DNA from: Eledone cirrhosa
Taxonomy: Eukaryota
DNA length: 64,000 bases
Direction: 5' to 3'
NCBI GenBank assembly: GCA_964016885.1
Contig: OZ024743.1
Location: 185,504,001-185,568,000 of the forward strand
Under the pieces are notes generated by a model that worked only from the letters and a program-made list of their open reading frames with translations, ran no database searches and had not been told where the DNA came from. Of the stretch, positions 12,101 through 26,500 are shown one piece after another. Positions within the stretch are counted from its first letter, which is position 1. Each line of letters begins with the position of its first letter. A program made the translations under genes and the position numbers.

Positions 12101-15100
12101 GGTGAGTGAGATTCTAGTATGGCATAAACGTTAACAGTGTTGGTGAGTGAGATTCTAGCATGGCATAAACGTTAAAAGTGTTGGTGAGTGAGATTCTAGT
12201 ATGGCATAAACGTTAACAGTGTTGTTGAGTGATATTCTAGTATGGCATAAACGTTAACAGTGTTGTTGAGTGAGATTCTAGCATGGCATAAGCGTTAACA
12301 GTGTTGGTGAGTGAGATTCTAGCATGACATAAACGTTAACAGTGTTGTTGAGCGAGTTTCTAGCATGGCATAAACGTTGACAGTGTTGGTGAGTGAGATT
12401 CTAGCATGGCATAAACGTTGACAGTATTGGTGAGTGAGATTCTAGTATGGCATAAACGTTAACAGTGTTGTTGAGTGAGATTCTAGTATGGCATAAACGT
12501 TAACAGTGTTGTTGAGTGAGATTCTAGTATGGCATAAACGTTAACAGTGTTGGTGAGTGAGATTCTAGCATGGCATAAACGTTAACAGTGTTGGTGAGTG
12601 AGATTCTAGTATGGCATAAACGTTAACAGAGTTGGTGAGTGAGATTCTAGTATGGCATAAACGTTAACAGTGATGTTGAGTGAGATTCTAGCATGGCATA
12701 AACGTTAACAGTGTTGTTGAGTGAGATCCTAGTATAGCATAAACGTTAACAGTGTTGTTGAGTGAGATTCTAGTATGGCATAAGCGTTAACAGTTTTGGT
12801 GAGTGAGATTCTAGTATGGCATAAACGTTAACAGTGTTGTTGAGTGAGATTCTAGCATGGCATAAACGTTAACAGTGTTGTTGAGTGAGATCCTAGTATG
12901 GCATAAACGTTAACAGTGTTGTTGAGTGAGATTCTAGTATGGCATAAACGTTAACAGTGTTGGTGAGCGAGATTCTAGTATGGCATAAACGTTAACAGTG
13001 TTGTTGAGTGAGATTCTAGTATGGCATAAACGTTAACAGTGTTGGTGAGTGAGATTCTAGTATGGCATAAACGTTAACAGTATTGGTGAGTGAGATTCTA
13101 GTATGGCATAAACGTTAACAGTGTTGGTGAGTCAGATTCTAGCATGGCATAAACGTTAACAGTGTTGTTGAGTGAGATTCTAGCATGGCATAAACGTTAA
13201 CAGTGTTGGTGAGTGAGATTCTAGTATCGCATAAACGTTAACAGTGTTGGTGAGTCAGATTCTAGTATGGCATAAACGTTAACAGTGTTGGTGAGTGAGA
13301 TTCTAGTATGGCATAAACGTTAACAATGTTGGTGAGTCAGATTCTAGCATGGCATAAACTTAAACAGTTTTGTTGAGTCAGATTCTAGTATGGCATAAAC
13401 GTTAACAGTGTTGGTGAGTGAGATTCTAGTATGGCATAAACGTTAACAGTGTTGGTGAGTGAGATTCTAGTATGGCATAAAAGTTAACAGTTTTGTTGAG
13501 TCAGATTCTAGCATGGCATAAACGTTAACAGTGTTGGTGAGTGAGATTCTAGTATGGCATAAACGTTAACAGTGTTGGTGAGTGAGATTCTAGTATGGCA
13601 TAAACGTTAACAGTTTTGTTGAGTCAGATTCTAGTATGGCATAAACGTTAACAGTGTTGGTGAGTGAGATTCTAGTATGGCATAAACGTTAACAGTGTTG
13701 GTGAGTGAGATTCTAGTATGGCATAAACGTTAACAGTTTTGTTGAGTCAGATTCTAGCATGGCATAAACGTTAACAGTGTTGGTGAGTGAGATTCTAGTA
13801 TGGCATAAACGTTAACAGTGTTGGTGAGTCAGATTCTAGCATGGCATAAACGTTAACAGTTTTGGTGAGTGAGATTCTAGTATGGCATAAACGTTAACAG
13901 TGTTGGTGAGTGAGATTCTAGCATGGCATAAACGTTAACAGTGTTGGTGAGTGAGATTCTAGCATGGCATAAACGTTAACAGTGTTGGTGAGTGAGATTC
14001 TAGTATGGCATAAACGTTAACAGTGTTTGTGAGTGAGATTCTAGTATGGCATAAACGTTAACAGTGTTGTTGAGTGAGATTCTAGTATGGCATAAACGTT
14101 AACAGTGTTGGTGAGTGAGATTCTAGTATGGCATAAATTTAACAGTATTGGTGAGTGAGATTCTAGTATGGCATAAACGTTAACTGTGTTGGTGAGTCAG
14201 ATTCTAGCATGGCATAAACATTAACAGTGTTGTTGAGTGAGATTCTAGCATGGCATAAACGTTAACAATGTTGGTGAGTCAGATTCTAGCATGGCATAAA
14301 CGTTAACAGTATTGGTGAGTGAGATTCTAGTATGGCATAAACGTTAACAGTGTTGGTGAGTCAGATTCTAGTATGGCATAAACGTTAACAATGTTGGTGA
14401 GTGAGATCCTAGTATGGCATAAACGTTAACAGTGTTGTTGAGTGCGATTCTAGTATGGCATAAACGTTAACAGTGTTGGTGAGTGAGATTCTAGTATGGC
14501 ATAAACGTTAACGGTGTTGTTGAGTGAGATTCTAGTATGGCATAAACGTTAACAGTGTTGGTGAGTGAGATTATAGTATGGCATAAACGTTAACAGTGTT
14601 GGTGAGTGAGATTCTAGTATGGCATACACATTAACAGTGTTGTTGATTGAGATTCTAGTATGGCATACACATTAACAGTGTTGTTGAGTGAGATTCTAGT
14701 ATGGCATAAACGTTAACAGTGTTGGTGAGTGAGATTCTAGCATGGCATAAACGTTAACAGTGTTGGTGAGTGAGATTCTAGTATGGCATAAACATTAACA
14801 GAGTTGGTGAGTGAGATTCTAGTATGGCATAAACGTTAACAGTGTTGTTGAGTGAGATTCTAGCATGGCATAAACGTTAACAGTGTTGTTGAGTGAGATC
14901 CTAGTATGGCATAAACGTTAACAGTGTTGTTGAGTGAGATTCTAGTATGGCATAAACGTTAACAGTGTTGGTGAGTGAGATTCTAGTATGGCATAAACGT
15001 TAACAGTGTTGTTGAGTGAGATTCTAGCATGGCATAAACGTTGACAGTATTGGTGAGTGAGATTCTAGTATGGCATAAACGTTAACAGTGTTGTTGAGTG

Positions 15101-17690
15101 AGATTCTAGTATGGCATAAACATCAACAGTGTTGTTGAGTGAGATTCTAGTATGGCATAAACGTTAACAGTGTTGATGAGTGAGATTCTAGCATGGCATA
15201 AACGTTAACAGTGTTGGTGAGTGAGATTCTAGTATGGCATAAACGTTAACAGAGTTGGTGAGCGAGATTCTAGTATGGCATAAACGTTAACAGTGTTGTT
15301 GAGTGAGATTCTAGCATGGCATAAACGTTAACAGTGTTGTTGAGTGAGATCCTAGTATGGCATAAACGTTAACAGTGTTGTTGAGTGAGATTCTAGTATG
15401 GCATAAACGTTAACAGTGTTGGTGAGTGAGATTGTATTATGGCATAAACGTTAACAGTGTTGTTGAGTGAGATTCTAGTATGGCATAAACGTTAACAGTG
15501 TTGGTGAGTGAGATTATAGTATGGCATAAACGTTAACAGTGTTGGTGAGTGAGATTCTAGTATGGCATACACATTAACAGTGTTGTTGATTGAGATTCTA
15601 GTATGGCATACACATTAACAGTGTTGTTGATTGAGATTCTAGCATGGCATAAACGTCAACAGTGTTGTTGAGTGAGATTCTAGTATGGCATAAACGTTAA
15701 CAGTGTTGATGAGTGAGATTCTAGCATGGCATAAACGTTAACAGTGTTGGTGAGTGAGATTCTAGTATCGCATAAACGTTAACAGTGTTGGTGAGTAAGA
15801 TTTTAGTATGGCATAAACGTTAACAGTGTTGGTGAGTGAGATTCTAGTATGGCATAAACGTTAACAGTGTTGGTGAGTGAGATTCTAGTATGGCATAAAC
15901 GTTAACAGTGTTGGTGAGTGAGATTCTAGTATGGCATAAACATTAACAGTGTTGGTGAGTCAGATTCTAGTATGGCATAAACATTAACAGTGTTGGTGAG
16001 TGAGATTCTAGTATGGCATAAACGTTAACAATGTTGGTGAGTCAGATTCTAACATGGCATAAACGTTAACAGTTTTGTTGAGTCAGATTCTAGTATGGCA
16101 TAAACGTTAACAGTGTTGGTGAGTGAGATTCTAGTATGGCATAAACGTTAACAGTGTTGTTGAGTGATATTCTAGTATGGCATAAACGTTAACAGTGTTG
16201 TTGAGTGAGATTCTAGCATGGCATAAGCGTTAACAGTGTTGGTGAGTGAGATTCTAGCATGACATAAACGTTAACAGTGTTGTTGAGCGAGTTTCTAGCA
16301 TGGCATAAACGTTGACAGTGTTGGTGAGTGAGATTCTAGCATGGCATAAACGTTGACAGTATTGGTGAGTGAGATTCTAGTATGGCATAAACGTTAACAG
16401 TGTTGTTGAGTGAGATTCTAGTATGGCATAAACGTTAACAGTGTTGTTGAGTGAGATTCTAGTATGGCATAAACGTTAACAGTGTTGGTGAGTGAGATTC
16501 TAGCATGGCATAAACGTTAACAGTGTTGGTGAGTGAGATTCTAGTATGGCATAAACGTTAACAGAGTTGGTGAGTGAGATTCTAGTATGGCATAAACGTT
16601 AACAGTGATGTTGAGTGAGATTCTAGCATGGCATAAACGTTAACAGTGTTGTTGAGTGAGATCCTAGTATAGCATAAACGTTAACAGTGTTGTTGAGTGA
16701 GATTCTAGTATGGCATAAACGTTAACAGTTTTGGTGAGTGAGATTCTAGTATGGCATAAACGTTAACAGTGTTGTTGAGTGAGATTCTAGTATGGCATAA
16801 ACGTTAACAGTGTTGGTGAGTGAGATTCTAGTATGGCATATACATTAACAGTGTTGTTGATTGAGATTCTAGTATGGCATACACATTAACAGTGTTGTTG
16901 AGTGAGATTCTAGTATGGCATAAACGTTAACAGAGTTGGTGAGTGAGATTCTAGTATGGCATAAACGTTAACAGTGTTGTTGAGTGAGATTCTAGCATGG
17001 CATAAACGTTAACAGTGTTGTTGAGTGAGATCCTAGTATGGCATAAACGTTAACAGTGTTGTTGAGTGAGATTCTAGTATGGCATAAACGTTAACAGTGT
17101 TGGTGAGCGAGATTCTAGTATGGCATAAACGTTAACAGTGTTGTTGAGTGAGATTCTAGTATGGCATAAACGTTAACAGTGTTGGTGAGTGAGATTCTAG
17201 TATGGCATAAACGTTAACAGTATTGGTGAGTGAGATTCTGGTATGGCATAAACGTTAACAGTGTTGGTGAGTCAGATTCTAGCATGGCATAAACGTTAAC
17301 AGTGTTGTTGAGTGAGATTCTAGCATGGCATAAACGTTAACAGTGTTGGTGAGTGAGATTCTAGTATCGCATAAACGTTAACAGTGTTGGTGAGTCAGAT
17401 TCTAGCATGGCATAAACTTAAACAGTTTTGTTGAGTCAGATTCTAGTATGGCATAAACGTTAACAGTGTTGGTGAGTGAGATTCTAGTATGGCATAAAAG
17501 TTAACAGTTTTGTTGAGTCAGATTCTAGCATGGCATAAACGTTAACAGTGTTGGTGAGTGAGATTCTAGTATGGCATAAACGTTAACAGTGTTGGTGAGT
17601 GAGATTCTAGTATGGCATAAACGTTAACAGTTTTGTTGAGTCAGATTCTAGTATGGCATAAACGTTAACAGTGTTGGTGAGTGAGATTCT
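3110..17690 (+). repeat. Large higher-order duplication I, copy 1 (about 355 monomers)
   Basis: Rare markers recur in the same order at offset 16229: AAGATCTAG 5471/21700, TTAACTGTTG 5821/22050, GAGTTCTAG 7723/23952, GACATTAACG 7981/24210, deletion 9721/25950, GCATAAATTT 14131/30360, TGAGATTCTGG 17231/33460. The offset is 16393 at the 5' end (CTAGAAT 3551/19944). Confidence 0.93.
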
Positions 17691-20500
17691 AGCATGACAT
17701 AAACGTTAACAGTGTTGTTGAGTGAGATTCTAGCATGGCATAAACGTTGACAGTGTTGGTGAGTGAGATTCTAGCATGGCATAAACGTTGACAGTATTGG
17801 TGAGTGAGATTCTAGTATGGCATAAACGTTAACAGTGTTGTTGAGTGAGATTCTAGTATGGCATAAACGTTAACAGTGTTGTTGAGTGAGATTCTAGTAT
17901 GGCATAAACGTTAACAGTGTTGATGAGTGAGATTCTAGCATGGCATAAACGTTAACAGTGTTGGTGAGTGAGATTCTAGTATGGCATAAACGTTAACAGA
18001 GTTGGTGAGCGAGATTCTAGTATGGCATAAACGTTAACAGTGTTGTTGAGTGAGATTCTAGCATGGCATAAACGTTAACAGTGTTGTTGAGTGAGATCCT
18101 AGAATGGCATAAACGTTAACAGTGTTGTTGAGTGAGATTCTAGTATGGCATAAACGTTAACAGTGTTGGTGAGTGAGATTGTAGTATGGCATAAACGTTA
18201 ACAGTGTTGTTGAGTGAGATTCTAGTATGGCATAAACGTTAACAGTGTTGGTGAGTGAGATTATAGTATGGCATAAACGTTAACAGTGTTGGTGAGTGAG
18301 ATTCTAGTATGGCATACACATTAACAGTGTTGTTGATTGAGATTCTAGTATGGCATACACATTAACAGTGTTGTTGAGTGAGATTCTAGTATGGCATAAA
18401 CGTTAACAGTGTTGGTGTGTGAGATTCTAGTATGGCATAAACGTTAACAGTGTTGATGAGTGAGATTCTAGCATGGCATAAACGTTAACAGTGTTGGTGA
18501 GTGAGATTCTAGTATCGCATAAACGTTAACAGTGTTGGTGAGTAAGATTCTAGTATGGCATAAACGTTAACAGTGTTGGTGAGTGAGATTCTAGTATGGC
18601 ATAAACGTTAACAGTGTTGGTGAGTGAGATTATAGTATGGCATAAACGTTAACAGTGTTGGTGAGTGAGATTCTAGTATGGCATATACATTAACAGTGTT
18701 GTTGATTGAGATTCTAGTATGGCATACACATTAACAGTGTTGTTGAGTGAGATTCTAGTATGGCATAAACGTTAACAGAGTTGGTGAGTGAGATTCTAGT
18801 ATGGCATAAACGTTAACAGTGTTGTTGAGTGAGATTCTAGCATGGCATAAACGTTAACAGTGTTGTTGAGTGAGATCCTAGTATGGCATAAACGTTAACA
18901 GTGTTGTTGAGTGAGATTCTAGTATGGCATAAACGTTAACAGTGTTGGTGAGCGAGATTCTAGTATGGCATAAACGTTAACAGTGTTGTTGAGTGAGATT
19001 CTAGTATGGCATAAACGTTAACAGTGTTGGTGAGTGAGATTCTAGTATGGCATAAACGTTAACAGTATTGGTGAGTGAGATTCTGGTATGGCATAAACGT
19101 TAACAGTGTTGGTGAGTCAGATTCTAGCATGGCATAAACGTTAACAGTGTTGTTGAGTGAGATTCTAGCATGGCATAAACGTTAACAGTGTTGGTGAGTG
19201 AGATTCTAGTATCGCATAAACGTTAACAGTGTTGGTGAGTCAGATTCTAGCATGGCATAAACTTAAACAGTTTTGTTGAGTCAGATTCTAGTATGGCATA
19301 AACGTTAACAGTGTTGGTGAGTGAGATTCTAGTATGGCATAAAAGTTAACAGTTTTGTTGAGTCAGATTCTAGCATGGCATAAACGTTAACAGTGTTGGT
19401 GAGTGAGATTCTAGTATGGCATAAACGTTAACAGTGTTGGTGAGTGAGATTCTAGTATGGCATAAACGTTAACAGTGTTGGTGAGTCAGATTCTAGTATG
19501 GCATAAACGTTAACAGTGTTGGTGAGTGAGATTCTAGCATGACATAAACGTTAACAGTGTTGTTGAGTGAGATTCTAGCATGGCATAAACGTTGACAGTG
19601 TTGGTGAGTGAGATTCTAGCATGGCATAAACGTTGACAGTATTGGTGAGTGAGATTCTAGTATGGCATAAACGTTAACAGTGTTGTTGAGTGAGATTCTA
19701 GTATGGCATAAACGTTAACAGTGTTGTTGAGTGAGATTCTAGTATGGCATAAACGTTAACAGTGTTGATGAGTGAGATTCTAGCATGGCATAAACGTTAA
19801 CAGTGTTGGTGAGTGAGATTCTAGTATGGCATAAACGTTAACAGAGTTGGTGAGCGAGATTCTAGTATGGCATAAACGTTAACAGTGTTGTTGAGTGAGA
19901 TTCTAGCATGGCATAAACGTTAACAGTGTTGTTGAGTGAGATCCTAGAATGGCATAAACGTTAACAGTGTTGTTGAGTGAGATTCTAGTATGGCATAAAC
20001 GTTAACAGTGTTGGTGAGTGAGATTGTAGTATGGCATAAACGTTAACAGTGTTGTTGAGTGAGATTCTAGTATGGCATAAACGTTAACAGTGTTGGTGAG
20101 TGAGATTATAGTATGGCATAAACGTTAACAGTGTTGGTGAGTGAGATTCTAGTATGGCATACACATTAACAGTGTTGTTGATTGAGATTCTAGTATGGCA
20201 TACACATTAACAGTGTTGTTGAGTGAGATTCTAGTATGGCATAAACGTTAACAGTGTTGGTGTGTGAGATTCTAGTATGGCATAAACGTTAACAGTGTTG
20301 ATGAGTGAGATTCTAGCATGGCATAAACGTTAACAGTGTTGGTGAGTGAGATTCTAGTATCGCATAAACGTTAACAGTGTTGGTGAGTAAGATTCTAGTA
20401 TGGCATAAACGTTAACAGTGTTGGTGAGTGAGATTCTAGTATGGCATAAACGTTAACAGTGTTGGTGAGTGAGATTATAGTATGGCATAAACGTTAACAG
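16800..20500 (+). repeat. Tandem duplication of 45 monomers (2 x 1845 bp)
   Basis: Constant offset 1845 = 45x41: TACATT 16841/18686, TGAGATTCTGG 17231/19076, CTTAAAC 17417/19262, CTAGAAT 18099/19944, TATAG 18631/20476. Confidence 0.93.
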
Positions 20501-23500
20501 TGTTGGTGAGTGAGATTCTAGTATGGCATAAACGTTAACAGTGTTGGTGAGTCAGATTCTAGTATGGCATAAACGTTAACAGTGTTGGTGAGTGAGTTCT
20601 AGTATGGCATAAACGTTAACAATGTTGGTGAGTCAGATTCTAGCATGGCATAAACGTTAACAGTTTTGTTGAGTCAGATTCTACTATGGCATAAACGTTA
20701 ACAGTGTTGGTGAGTGAGATTCTAGTATGGCATAAACGTTAACAGTGTTGGTGAGTGAGATTCTAGTATGGCATAAACATTAACAGAGTTGGTGAGTGAG
20801 ATTCTAGCATGGCATAAACGTTAACAGTGTTGTTGAGTGAGATTCTAGTATGGCATAAACGTTAACAGTGTTGTTGAGTGAGATTCTAGTATGGCATAAA
20901 CGTTAACAGTGTTGATGAGTGAGATTCTAGCATGGCATAAACGTTAACAGTGTTGGTGAGTGAGATTCTAGTATCGCATAAACGTTAACAGTGTTGGTGA
21001 GTAAGATTCTAGTATGGCATAAACGTTAACAGTGTTGTTGAGTGAGATTCTAGCATGGCATAAACGTTAACAGTGTTGTTGAGTGAGATCCTAGTATAGC
21101 ATAAACGTTAACAGTGTTGTTGAGTGAGATTCTAGTATGGCATAAACGTTAACAGTGTTGTTGAGTGAGATTCTAGCATGGCATACACGTTAACAGTGTT
21201 GTTGAGTGAGATTCTAGTATGGCATACACGTTAACAGTGTTGTTGAGTGAGATTCTAGTATGGCATAAACGTTAACAGTGTTGGTGAGTGAGATTCTAGT
21301 ATGGCATAAACGTTAACAGTGTTGTTGAGTGAGATTCTAGTATAGCATACACGTTAACAGTGTTCGTGAGTGAGATTCTAGTATGGCATAAACTTTAACA
21401 GTGTTGGTGAGTGAGATTCTAGTATGGCATACACGTTAACAGTGTTCGTGAGTGAGATTCTAGTATGGCATAAACGTTAACAGTGTTGGTGAGTGAGATT
21501 CTAGTATGGCATAAACGTCAACAGTGTTGGTGAGTCAGATTCTAGCATGGCATAAACGTTAACAGTGTTGGTGAGTGAGATTCTAGCCTGACATAAACGT
21601 TAACAGTGTTGGTGAGTGAGATTCTAGTATGGCATAAACGTTAACAGTGTTGGTGAGTGAGATTCTAGCATGGCATAAACGTTAAAAGTGTTGGTGAGTA
21701 AGATCTAGCATGGCATAAACGTTAACAGTGTTGGTGAGTGAGATTCTAGTATGGCATAAACGTTAACAGTGTTGTTGAGTGAGATTCTAGCATGGCATAC
21801 ACGTTAACAGTGTTGTTGAGTGACATTCTAGTATGGCATACACGTTAACAGTGTTGTTGAGTGAGATTCTAGTATGGCATAAACGTTAACAGTGTTGTTG
21901 AGTGAGATTCTAGCATGGCATACACGTTAACAGTGTTGTTGAGTGAGATTCTAGTATGGCATACACGTTAACAGTGTTGTTGAGTGAGATTCTAGTATGG
22001 CATAAACGTTAACAGTGTTGGTGAGTGAGATTCTAGTATGGCATAAACGTTAACTGTTGTTGAGTGAGATTCTAGTATAGCATACACGTTAACAGTGTTC
22101 GTGAGTGAGATTCTAGCATGGCATAAACGTTAACAGTGTTGTTGAGTGAGATTCTAGTATGGCATACACGTTAACAGTGTTCGTGAGTGAGATTCTAGTA
22201 TGGCATAAACGTTAACAGTGTTGGTGAATGAGATTCTAGTATGGCATACACGTTAACAGTGTTCGTGAGTGAGATTCTAGTATGGCATAAACGTTAACAG
22301 TGTTGTTGAGTGAGATTCTAGCATGGCATACACGTTAACAGTGTTGGTGAGTGAGATTCTAGTATGGCATAAACTTTAACAGTGTTGTTGAGTGAGATTC
22401 TAGTATGGCATAAACGTTAACAGTGTTGTTGAGTGAGATTCTAGCATCGCATAAACGTTAACAGTGTTGGTGAGTGAGATTCTAGCATGACATAAACGTT
22501 AACAGTGTTGTTGAGTGAGATTCTAGCATGGCATAAACGTTGACAGTGTTGGTGAGTGAGATTCTAGCATGGCATAAACTTTGACAGTATTGGTGAGTGA
22601 GATTCTAGTATGGCATAAACGTTAACAGTGTTGTTGAGTGAGATTCTAGTATGGCATAAACGTTAACAGTGTTGTTGAGTGAGATTCTAGTATGGCATAA
22701 ACGTTAACAGTGTTGATGAGTGAGATTCTAGCATGGCATAAACGTTAACAGTGTTGGTGAGTGAGATTCTAGTATGGCATAAACGTTAACAGAGTTGGTG
22801 AGCGAGATTCTAGTATGGCATAAACGTTAACAGTGTTGTTGAGTGAGATTCTAGCATGGCATAAACGTTAACAGTGTTGTTGAGTGAGATCCTAGTATGG
22901 CATAAACGTTAACAGTGTTGTTGAGTGAGATTCTAGTATGGCATAAACGTTAACAGTGTTGGTGAGTGAGATTGTAGTATGGCATAAACGTTAACAGTGT
23001 TGTTGAGTGAGATTCTAGTATGGCATAAACGTTAACAGTGTTGGTGAGTGAGATTATAGTATGGCATAAACGTTAACAGTGTTGGTGAGTGAGATTCTAG
23101 TATGGCATACACATTAACAGTGTTGTTGATTGAGATTCTAGTATGGCATACACATTAACAGTGTTGTTGAGTGAGATTCTAGTATGGCATAAACGTTAAC
23201 AGTGTTGGTGTGTGAGATTCTAGCATGGCATAAACGTTAACAGTGTTGGTGAGTGAGATTCTAGTATGGCATAAACATTAACAGAGTTGGTGAGTGAGAT
23301 TCTAGTATGGCATAAACGTTAACAGTGTTGTTGAGTGAGATTCTAGCATGGCATAAACGTTAACAGTGTTGTTGAGTGAGATCCTAGTATGGCATAAACG
23401 TTAACAGTGTTGTTGAGTGAGATTCTAGTATGGCATAAACGTTAACAGTGTTGGTGAGTGAGATTCTAGTATGGCATAAACGTTAACAGTGTTGATGAGT

Positions 23501-26500
23501 GAGATTCTAGTATGGCATAAACGTTAACAGTGTTGGTGAGTGAGATTCTAGTATGGCATAAACGTTAACAGTGTTGGTGAGTCAGATTCTAGCATGGCAT
23601 AAACGTCAACAGTGTTGTTGAGTGAGATTCTAGTATGGCATAAACGTTAACAGTGTTGATGAGTGAGATTCTAGCATGGCATAAACGTTAACAGTGTTGG
23701 TGAGTGAGATTCTAGTATCGCATAAACGTTAACAGTGTTGGTGAGTAAGATTCTAGTATGGCATAAACGTTAACAGTGTTGGTGAGTGAGATTCTAGTAT
23801 GGCATAAACGTTAACAGTGTTGGTGAGTGAGATTATAGTATGGCATAAACGTTAACAGTGTTGGTGAGTGAGATTCTAGTATGGCATAAACGTTAACAGT
23901 GTTGGTGAGTCAGATTCTAGTATGGCATAAACGTTAACAGTGTTGGTGAGTGAGTTCTAGTATGGCATAAACGTTAACAATGTTGGTGAGTCAGATTCTA
24001 GCATGGCATAAACGTTAACAGTTTTGTTGAGTCAGATTCTACTATGGCATAAACGTTAACAGTGTTGGTGAGTGAGATTCTAGTATGGCATAAACGTTAA
24101 CAGTGTTGTTGAGTGAGATTCTAGTATGGCATAAACGTTAACAGTGTTGTTGAGTGAGATTCTAGCATGGCATAAACGTTAACAGTGTTGGTGAGTGAGA
24201 TTCTAGCATGACATTAACGTTAACAGTGTTGTGGAGCGAGTTTCTAGCATGGCATAAACGTTGACAGTGTTGGTGAGTGAGATTCTAGCATGGCATAAAC
24301 GTTGACAGTATTGGTGAGTGAGATTCTAGTATGGCATAAACGTTAACAGTGTTGTTGAGTGAGATTCTAGTATGGCATAAACGTTAACAGTGTTGTTGAG
24401 TGAGATTCTAGTATGGCATAAACGTTAACAGTGTTGGTGAGTGAGATTCTAGCATGGCATAAACGTTAACAGTGTTGCTGAGTGAGATTCTAGTATGGCA
24501 TAAACGTTTACAGAGTTGGTGAGTGAGATTCTAGTATGGCATAAACGTTAACAGTGTTGTTGAGTGAGATTCTAGCATGGCATAAACGTTAACAGTGTTG
24601 TTGAGTGAGATCCTAGTATAGCATAAACGTTAACAGTGTTGTTGAGTGAGATTCTAGTATGGCATAAACGTTAACAGTTTTGGTGAGTGAGATTCTAGTA
24701 TGGCATAAACGTTAACAGTGTTGTTGAGTGAGATTCTAGTATGGCATAAACGTTAACAGTGTTGGTGAGTGAGATTCTAGTATGGCATATACATTAACAG
24801 TGTTGTTGATTGAGATTCTAGTATGGCATACACATTAACAGTGTTGATGAGTGAGATTCTAGTATGGCATAAACGTTAACAGAGTTGGTGAGTGAGATTC
24901 TAGTATGGCATAAACGTTAACAGTGTTGTTGAGTGAGATTCTAGCATGGCATAAACGTTAACAGTGTTGTTGAGTGAGATCCTAGTATGGCATAAACGTT
25001 AACAGTGTTGTTGAGTGAGATTCTAGTATGGCATAAACGTTAACAGTGTTGGTGAGCGAGATTCTAGTATGGCATAAACGTTAACAGTGTTGTTGAGTGA
25101 GATTCTAGTATGGCATAAACGTTAACAGTGTTGGTGAGTGAGATTCTAGTATGGCATAAACGTTAACAGTATTGGTGAGTGAGATTCTAGTATGGCATAA
25201 ACGTTAACAGTGTTGGTGAGTCAGATTCTAGCATGGCATAAACGTTAACAGTGTTGTTGAGTGAGATTCTAGCATGGCATAAACGTTAACAGTGTTGGTG
25301 AGTGAGATTCTAGTATCGCATAAACGTTAACAGTGTTGGTGAGTCAGATTCTAGTATGGCATAAACGTTAACAGTGTTGGTGAGTGAGATTCTAGTATGG
25401 CATAAACGTTAACAATGTTGGTGAGTCAGATTCTAGCATGGCATAAACTTAAACAGTTTTGTTGAGTCAGATTCTAGTATGGCATAAACGTTAACAGTGT
25501 TGGTGAGTGAGATTCTAGTATGGCATAAACGTTAACAGTGTTGGTGAGTGAGATTCTAGTATGGCATAAAAGTTAACAGTTTTGTTGAGTCAGATTCTAG
25601 CATGGCATAAACGTTAACAGTGTTGGTGAGTGAGATTCTAGTATGGCATAAACGTTAACAGTGTTGGTGAGTGAGATTCTAGTATGGCATAAACGTTAAC
25701 AGTTTTGTTGAGTCAGATTCTAGTATGGCATAAACGTTAACAGTGTTGGTGAGTGAGATTCTAGTATGGCATAAACGTTAACAGTGTTGGTGAGTGAGAT
25801 TCTAGTATGGCATAAACGTTAACAGTTTTGTTGAGTCAGATTCTAGCATGGCATAAACGTTAACAGTGTTGGTGAGTGAGATTCTAGTATGGCATAAACG
25901 TTAACAGTGTTGGTGAGTGAGATTCTAGCATGGCATAAACGTTAACAGTTTGGTGAGTGAGATTCTAGTATGGCATAAACGTTAACAGTGTTGGTGAGTG
26001 AGATTCTAGCATGGCATAAACGTTAACAGTGTTGGTGAGTGAGATTCTAGCATGGCATAAACGTTAACAGTGTTGGTGAGTGAGATTCTAGTATGGCATA
26101 AACGTTAACAGTGTTTGTGAGTGAGATTCTAGTATGGCATAAACGTTAACAGTGTTGTTGAGTGAGATTCTAGTATGGCATAAACGTTAACAGTGTTGGT
26201 GAGTGAGATTCTAGTATGGCATAAACGTTAACAGTATTGGTGAGTGAGATTCTAGTATGGCATAAACGTTAACTGTGTTGGTGAGTCAGATTCTAGCATG
26301 GCATAAACGTTAACAGTGTTGTTGAGTGAGATTCTAGCATGGCATAAACGTTAACAATGTTGGTGAGTCAGATTCTAGCATGGCATAAACGTTAACAGTA
26401 TTGGTGAGTGAGATTCTAGTATGGCATAAACGTTAACAGTGTTGGTGAGTCAGATTCTAGTATGGCATAAACGTTAACAATGTTGGTGAGTGAGATCCTA

